Shown: in pieces, positions 55,737 through 64,000 of the stretch
Position numbering within the stretch: the first letter of the stretch is position 1
How the letters are laid out: each line of letters starts with the position of its first letter
Assembly: GCF_009914755.1 (NCBI RefSeq)
Contig: NC_060929.1
Length of the DNA stretch: 64,000 nucleotides
Strand: one strand, 5' to 3'
Source: the human T2T-CHM13v2.0 reference genome, Homo sapiens
Notes under the pieces: model-generated
The model's database searches: none
Seen by the model: the letters and a program-made list of their open reading frames with translations, nothing else
Told to the model about the DNA's origin: nothing
Made by a program: the position numbers and the translations under genes

Positions 55737-56050
55737 GCACCTTCCCAGTACTAGTCTGTGACCTGTTAGGAACCAGGCCACACAGCAGGAGTTGAGTGGC
55801 AGGGAGTGAGCATTATTGCCTGAGCTCCGCCTCCTGTCAGATCAGCAGTGGCATTAGATTCTCATAGCAGTCCGAATACTATTGTGAACTGTGCGTGTAA
55901 GGGATCTAGCTTGTGCATTCCTTATGAGAATCTAATGCCCGATGGTCTGAGATGGAAGAGTTTCATACCAAAACCACCCCTTCCCCCTGCCACCATCTGG
56001 GGAAATATTGTCTACCACGAAACTGATCCCTGGTGCCAAAAAGGTTGGGG
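55737..56050. mobile_element. partial palindromic DNA-transposon-derived MITE (the widespread …cctgtcagatcag..ggcattagattctcatag…ggttggggaccgctg family); exact family not recalled
   Basis: …gtgagcattattgcctgagctccgcctcctgtcagatcagcagtggcattagattctcatagcagtccgaatactattgtgaactgtgcgtgtaagggatctagcttgtgcattccttatgagaatctaatgcc…ccctggtgccaaaaaggttggggaccgctg. Confidence 0.6.
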
Positions 56051-58959
56051 ACCGCTGTCCTAAGGGATCTGCTTTTTCTGACCTGAGGTTTTTCTTTATT
56101 AGACTGTATCTGGCTGAGGAGAAGCCTGAAGCCTTTAATCGGAACAGCTTTGGCTGATGAGATTAGATTCAGAAACCAACAGATTGGTCTTTTCTATGCA
56201 GGGAAGCCTAGGAACTGGGGGGCTATGGCTGGGAAGCCCCCTATTGTTTCCATCCTTTCCTATGTTCATCCTGGAGGAATGGCATCAGACCCATGCCTCT
56301 GTGATTGCTCCCAGCCCATCCAACCACAGCATCTATGTTCTGCCTGGGACCAGGGCCAGGGAGCATGGCACACTGAGCTGAGTATAAGGAGAGTGGAGCA
56401 GGCCACTGCCAGCCCAGAAAATTTTGGTCAAAGTTGCCTGAAATCTTCTCAGCCTTCGATTCACAGCTGCTCTCTGCTGCTCTGGGGCCATGCAGACCAG
56501 TTCAGAAAAGAGTTAATTTGTTGGGGCAGTTGGAGGCAGGTGGACTGCCAGCTTTGACACCTTCCCAGCCCACAGGCTGCTGCACTGGGGCTGAAGGCGT
56601 GGCTAACCCCTGCACACCTAGAGAGTGACAGAGATGCCAGACTGGGCAGCAGGAAGGCAAGAGGATTAAGAGAGAGCTTCCTGGCTGAAAGCCACACTCG
56701 GTTAACCAGGAAAAAGCCCTTGGCACGAGAAGACTCAGTGGCCTGAGGGACTGAGCCTTGGTTGTTGGGCATGTGCTGCATAAGCCATCCATGTGTGACA
56801 GTAGAGTGTAGTCCAGCCACTGTGGGACATGGGTGCTGAAAGACCACATGGAGAGGAACAGTGAGTGCTGACAAGGGCTAGCCTTGATCACTTTGGAGAC
56901 ACCCCCTGTGTCTTCTAGATGTCAGACTTTCCAAATCTGTCTGCTATCCTCCAAACGTGCATTTTCAAGAGCAATGGAAAAAGGATTGGACTTGATGGAA
57001 TGCAGCAAGAGTCCTAGGTCTGTTACTACCTACCTATGACCTTAAGAAACTCCTTCACCCCTCAGAACCCTTACAGCTTTCTTTCTGATTCTATCCTGAG
57101 TTACTCTACTCCAAGCTGAGACTTTTCTGCTTAGATCTATCCCTTCCTCCTAAACCCCCAACCTCCATTTCTCCTGGTGTCTTTCTTTACACACCCCTCA
57201 GCATACACACACACCTAGCCACAGGAACCAATGAGTTAATATTTGAGGAGTTGGTTTTCTTTTGTCCTCAATGAGATCCTGGTGAGGCCACTTGAGCTGT
57301 TCAGCTCCCTTGCGGTATTTTGGGGATGGAACTCAGAAGCCAACAATATAGAAAAAGAGTCTTTGGCCAGCTTTCCCAGGGGCTCCATGCCATAGAGAGT
57401 ACTGCACCCGTGTGCACAGGGGGCCCTGACATGAGGACTTTGAGGATAACACTATTCCTCCAACTCTGCTTCAGCATCTCCATGGATTTTCACACAGACA
57501 CTTTAGGAAAGAAACTAAGTTTGGGGGGACTTGACCTAATCCCACATCACAGCCCCAGTAATACAGCCCTGGAATTTATCACAGAAAGCCTAGAATCCCA
57601 TGCATATCCCATGCATATGCATCCCTAGTCCTATGGGTTCAAGGCTTGGAGCTCTCCCTGGATTTAGCTGGGAAAAGTTGGCAGACAGTTCTTCTCTGTC
57701 TTCTAGAAATATGGACTAGAATCGTGAGTGTGAGATTGCAAGTAACTTTTAAAATCATCTAGTTTAACTTCACCCCATTTCATAGACCAAGAAACTGAGA
57801 CCAGAGAGAGAAATGGACTTTCAAGTTCACCCTGCTAGTTACTGATGGATCACAAGTCAAATCTCCTGATTCTAGCACTGTTTCTCTTACACCACACCAC
57901 CTTTGAAAGTGTGTCAATCAAATCTTACTTTAGTTGCAGAGGATGACTTTAGTTTCTGAAGATAAAATTGTGAGTCAATCAAGATCAGTCCCAAGACAAT
58001 AGCCTGTTTAGCCCTTATAAGTTCAGGGATGAAAGGTTAGAAAGAAACAGGATGGAAGGAGGACTGGAGAAAAAAACAAAAGAGGAAGGAAGGAGGAGGA
58101 AGCAAACAGGAAAAAAAAAGAATGTGCATAGCTTGTCACTCCTCAGTCATTTCCTGGGAGCCCATTTCTAGCAAAGTGACAGCTGCAACTCCCTGGCCAC
58201 CTGAGCATCTTAGCTGATCTGTCTCTGAAACACCCCCTGGAGAACAGATGAATCAGGCTTCATCTTCGCTTAACTAAGTCTTCCCTGAGACGACTCCATT
58301 TAAATGAACAAGAGCAGGATTTCCTGGGCACACTGAGAGCACCTTCCAGAGGCCCCTCCAGAGCCCTAAAGCCTGTATTTCTTCCAGTCGGCCTGTTTCT
58401 TTCCTGGTGATGTCATTAAACGCCCTTTGAGAGTCCCACAGTGAGCAGTTCTGCGGTAAAACCCGCTGCAATTAAAGTCTGAGTCCTTTCCTGTCTCAAA
58501 GGGCATATTCATATAGAAGAAAGGAAAAGGAAGGACTGGCTGTTTGCATTTGGTTCCAGGCCTGTTGAGTAGAGGTCGTGCTCACTCCACCGAAGGTACA
58601 GGGTAGCCTTCAGCAGAACCTGGGGATTTGGTTTTAAGCAAGTCTTTCTTAGGTGTGGGCTTTCAGAACACTTCCTTCCTTGCAATATTATTTGAAATTC
58701 TCAGTGTTTTAGCCGTCCCCAGAATATTGGTTCGTTAAAGCTGTGTATTTCAGATCTCCAGACAGTGGTCACTGTTTGTATATTTTCAATTTCAAACCAG
58801 AAAACAAAAGTTCTTATTGATTACTTTTTTTATTTAAAAAATAAAAAGTAAGTATCTTCGTAAGAGGAGCTTTGTTTTAATTTTAAAGTTTAAAATTTGA
58901 TTGTGAAGACAGAGAAAAACTTGATGATTGTAGATATATTCCCCTCTTTGGCTATTCAA

Positions 58960-59110
58960 TCAGAGAACTAGAAAATCATGAGAGATTTAATGACCACTGC
59001 CTGATACACATATGTGTTTTACAGATGAGGAAACTGAGACCCAGAGAGATGATGAAATTGGCTGAGGATGGCCCAGCTGGTCAGTGACAGACTCAGAGCC
59101 AGAGCTGGTG
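58960..59110. mobile_element. MIR-like SINE fragment in TGFBI intron 2
   Basis: …gttttacagatgaggaaactgagacccagagagatgatgaaattggctgaggatggcccagctggtcagtgacagactcagagccagagctggtgcaggg… matches the MIR core. Confidence 0.65.
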
Positions 59111-59467
59111 CAGGGCTCTTTCTATTCCTTCCTGTTCCCTTTCAGGAACACTCACCATCGGCTTTCCTGTGAATAATGTTGAGATAAAATCCTTGGTGCA
59201 TTATGTTTTCTAGTCACAACATTGACTAGGCTGCCAGAGTCCTCTGTTCTCCCAGTTGGTTGGCTGTAGGTGTTGGCAGCCGCCAGGAGCATTCTACAGA
59301 ACAGAGGAGGAGTGAGACTCTCCTTGCTCAGGAAAGGCAGACCTATGACTTAGCAAATGACTCCTAAGAGGAGAGTGTTTCACCCACCATTCCTCTTCCT
59401 TGGCTGTGGAGGCAACTTAGTGGAGAGGGGCCAGATGACCTGTGAGGAACAGTGAAGCCCTGCCTAA

Positions 59468-59563
<96 letters not shown>

Positions 59564-60554
59564 TGAATCCTCCGGGCCTTGCCTGTTGGTGTGGGTGGAA
59601 GGGAATGGTGGGAGAGAGGAGTACCCACATAAAAGGCAGCAGAGTGTGAATGGGGGCAGTGGCACAAGGACATGGCATTCTCCCCACGTGCCCACTGGCC
59701 CCAGGCTCTATGCGAGGGGCTGAGGAATGGAAGCTGGAAACAGCGCATTTCCTGAGCTGCTCCTCCTGGCCTCCTTACCACACTGGTGGAGTAGACTCCA
59801 ACTGTGGCCTGTCCATGCCCTTCCCAGCAGGCACAGGCTCAGGCTCAGGCTCTTGGCCTCTGCCTCTGGCTGGGAGTGATTCTAAACACATCCAGCAGGG
59901 TCAGCCTGATAGCCCATCAGTTTCCGATCAGCTCTGCTAGAGAGCCGATGGGATGTGGGAGGAGGGGGTCACTGGTGGGCTGGCAACCCCAAGCCATCCC
60001 CATCTCCCTCTGTGTCTAAACTTGGCCCTTTGGAGTTCGGTAGGGAGAAGAGCCATAGGCCAGGTGGGCTCACCCAGAGTCAGCAGAGAGTCCCACAAAT
60101 GGTTGCACTGGGCGAAAGACAGCATGGCACCTGTGAATTTTATTAGAGCTTTTCTTTTAGTGCTACACACAAGTGACTGTACAGGGGAGTTAGTATTTTG
60201 TTTTAATTTTGAAATAGAGTCATCTTTTGGTATCTGCGGGGGATTGATTCTAGGACCCATTCTAGGATGCCATATCCTCAGATGTTCAAGTCCCTGATAT
60301 AAAGTGGTATAGTATTTGCATGTAATCTATGCATATTCTTCCATGTACTTTAAATCATCTCAAGATTACTTATAATACCAAATATAATGTAAATCCTATG
60401 TAAGTAGTTGTTATACCCTCTTTTAAATTTTTGTATTATCTTTTATTGTATTTCAAAAAATATTTTTGGTCCATGTTTAGTTGAATCTGTGGGTGAAGAA
60501 CCCACAGATACGAAGGGCCAACTGTATTGGCTATTTTTTTAGTTAAGAATGTGA

Positions 60555-61013
<459 letters not shown>

Positions 61014-61682
61014 TGAGACTGAGACATAACAGGAAGGAGGGCAATTTGGTTGGTTCCAAGGTTCCTAGAGTATGTGATGGGAGAGGTTGGTGCGGGTGGG
61101 GCCATGGAGGTACTGACTCAAGTGGAGGGACAGGTGGGGAAATGGGATGGGAAAAGAAGATTGACCTTAGAAGGGGAGCTCAACCTCTGAACCCTAATTT
61201 CAGACCCTTCAAAATGAATATTAAGCTCATTTTGGTCTAAGAAACAAAAAACAAATGAACATGAAACTCATTTTGGTCTTATAAGGTCTGAGAAACCCCT
61301 TCTAAACTTCAAGCTGCTTTAAGAAATAACATTTTATTACCTGCAAATACACACAGTACTTTGGAGATTTATAATAGTCTCTTATTCTAATAGAAGCCAT
61401 TAGGGAACCAGTTTCAATAAACAGGTAAATCTGTAAGACTAGTTTGTAATTAGGATATCTGTTTCCAGTGTCCATTCCTGCCTCTGTTATCTAAATGTCT
61501 GGGAACAAGAGCTGTGCTCTGCTGTGTTTAAAATGATTAAAAATCACCAATTAGTTGAGTTCACGTAGACAGGCATTTGACTTATTGAGTTGTTTTAAGA
61601 AGACTATAACAAGCCTTAAGCCCCCCAGAAACAGCCTGTCTTTGGGCTTTCCCACATGCCTCCTCGTCCTCTCCACCTGTAG

Positions 61683-61937
<255 letters not shown>

Positions 61938-62286
61938 TGACCTCCGTCTGCCCGGGGGACTCTTATGGGGAACTGCCTTACTTCCCCGAGGGGTGGGCAT
62001 GATGAATGGGAGTCTGCAGTCATTTCCTACTGTTTCAGGAAGCTTTCTCCTTAACCCCTTAGAAAAGGCTGTGGAACTTGAGCTAAAATATGTCTTACCA
62101 GGTTGCGTCTAATGCCCCCCGTTCCCTACTGGGCAGAAAGACTTGGGTGCTTCCTGAGGAGGGATCCTTGGCAGAAGAGAGGCCTGGGCTCACGAGGGCT
62201 GAGAACATGTTTCCCAGAGTTGCAAGGACCCATCTCTTAAACACAGAGTCTGCAGCCCCTAACTGACACCCTGTCCTTCCTCCTAG

Positions 62287-62490
<204 letters not shown>

Positions 62491-62709
62491 TAATGAACCC
62501 ATTTCTGTTCCATGTGTGGGCTGGTTTCTGGGGTTTAAGCTGTAGACAACCCACCCTCTTTGTGCCTGCTTCTCCTTGGGCCCTCTATTCCACAGCTTGT
62601 GGAACCCACATTTTGCTACTGTGTTTGAAAACACTGTTTTCTCCTCCCGGGGCTTTGGGACTATGCCTCTGTTGTGTTGACTGCTCATCCTTGCTGCTTC
62701 TCTGGGCAG

Positions 62710-62856
62710 ATTGTAACTGTGAACTGTGCCCGGCTCCTGAAAGCCGACCACCATGCAACCAACGGGGTGGTGCACCTCATCGATAAGGTCATCTCCACCA
62801 TCACCAACAACATCCAGCAGATCATTGAGATCGAGGACACCTTTGAGACCCTTCGG
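62710..62856 (+). CDS. TGFBI: TGFBI exon 6 (Ile209–Arg257)
   Basis: Acceptor ttgctgcttctctgggcAG|a. Translation [51 protein letters not shown] donor at 62857. The next exon (AAVAASGLNT…) is not inside the window. Confidence 0.95.
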
Positions 62857-64000
62857 GTAAGGGACTGCCCTGGGTGGAGGCCCAGGCTTGGGACACATTG
62901 CCTCCCAAGAGGGGCCTAGCAGGAACTCTTCTGCAGGAGAGGTAGAGGATGGCTCCTGTAGGGGAACATAGAGCAGGTTCCCCTGAATGCCCTTGAACAT
63001 GGAGAATTCATTGACCAGACATTCAGCTTGACCTAACCTGTGAAATTCTCCATCTTCTTTATAAAGTGTTCCCTTCCTTGCCTCCCCTGGAAAGGTCAGT
63101 GGTGTGTGGCTGCAGCAGCACAGTGTCCTCTGAGCCCTGGACCTGCACTGTGGCTTCCAGAGGTGGCAGTTCCCACATGGGGTACTAGAATAAATGGCCT
63201 ATCAGGCTGTGTGTGCTTTGGGATCACATGTCCCCACCCTAGGACCCTGGTTCCAACCATACGCATGTTCTCTTGGAGCCCAGAACAGCAGAGAAGCCAC
63301 CAGTGTGGACACAGAAGTCAAGGGTCTGATTTCCAGCCTGGCTTCTGACTGCTCTGGGGCCGCAGGAATACGGTTCCTTCCCCCATGCCCAGCAGGCATT
63401 TGTCTTACAACTGGAGGGGAAGGCATGTTCCTCTTGGCAAGGACTGCTCAGGAGGAAGTGGAGGCAGGCTGCCCTGTCAGGGTTTTTGCCTTGATTCAAG
63501 GAGAACTTCCTAACCACAAAGGATACAAGTGGGAGTGAGGCGGACCCTCCCTAGAGATCTCCAACACAGAGAGACAAACACGCTGGGGCTGGCTGGCACT
63601 GACAGGCCTCGCAGGTGTGGATGGCTGTTAGCTGGGAGCTTCGCTGTCTAAGCTCCTCTCCCATGCTTTTCTTCTGGGTTGCTCGAAGGACGGGGGTCTG
63701 CAAGAAAATGATGTTCCCACATAGTTGGCAGCACGTGAACAGCAATTGATCCCTTTGCATCACCTCCTCTTACTGTTTAGATTTGGTAAATATTTCTTCC
63801 TTCCCTCTTCTGACCCTCCATTTTGCCGATCTTTCCTTCTTATAACACATACTTACTAGGTACCTGCTACTTCCCGGGTGGGCCTATGTGCCAGGAGTAT
63901 AGAGGTGAACAAGGAAGGCAAAGTTCTATTCTCAGTAGAGCTAATACTCTATCTGGAGAGAGACAACAAACAAATCAACAAGGTAGCCAGGGGCTGTGAT

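Overview
This window is human (primate) nuclear genomic DNA, not a prokaryotic or accessory-element region. The evidence is numerous Alu SINEs, LINE-1 fragments with recognisable ORF2 protein, ERVL-MaLR solo LTRs, MIR-like SINEs and GT-AG introns. The last ~20 kb (44.4–62.9 kb) holds the 5' part of TGFBI (transforming growth factor beta-induced, beta-ig-h3/keratoepithelin, 5q31), on the + strand. Exons 1–6 encode M1..R257: signal peptide, cysteine-rich EMI region and most of the first FAS1 domain. They are preceded by a TATA-less, GC-box-containing CpG-island promoter, and the gene continues past the right edge. Exon 4 carries the wild-type CGC codon for Arg124, the CpG hotspot of TGFBI corneal dystrophies. 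The first ~44 kb is upstream intergenic sequence with no convincing protein-coding exons. It is a mosaic of transposable-element fragments (L1, Alu, MaLR LTRs, MIR, hAT-type MITEs), microsatellites, a 9-bp minisatellite and a strongly pyrimidine-skewed tract. The supplied six-frame ORF track is mostly uninformative here, because this is a eukaryotic intron/exon context. Its ORFs are either TGFBI exon fragments, L1 ORF2 remnants or GC-rich random frames. I found no CRISPR array, operon-like architecture, defence-system-like gene cluster or other prokaryote-type system. Structural observations worth a second look are a textbook twin-primed L1 insertion with intact target-site duplications, a young (~95% identity) inverted local duplication with a chimeric junction, a 76-bp tandem duplication, and the GC-rich minisatellite block.
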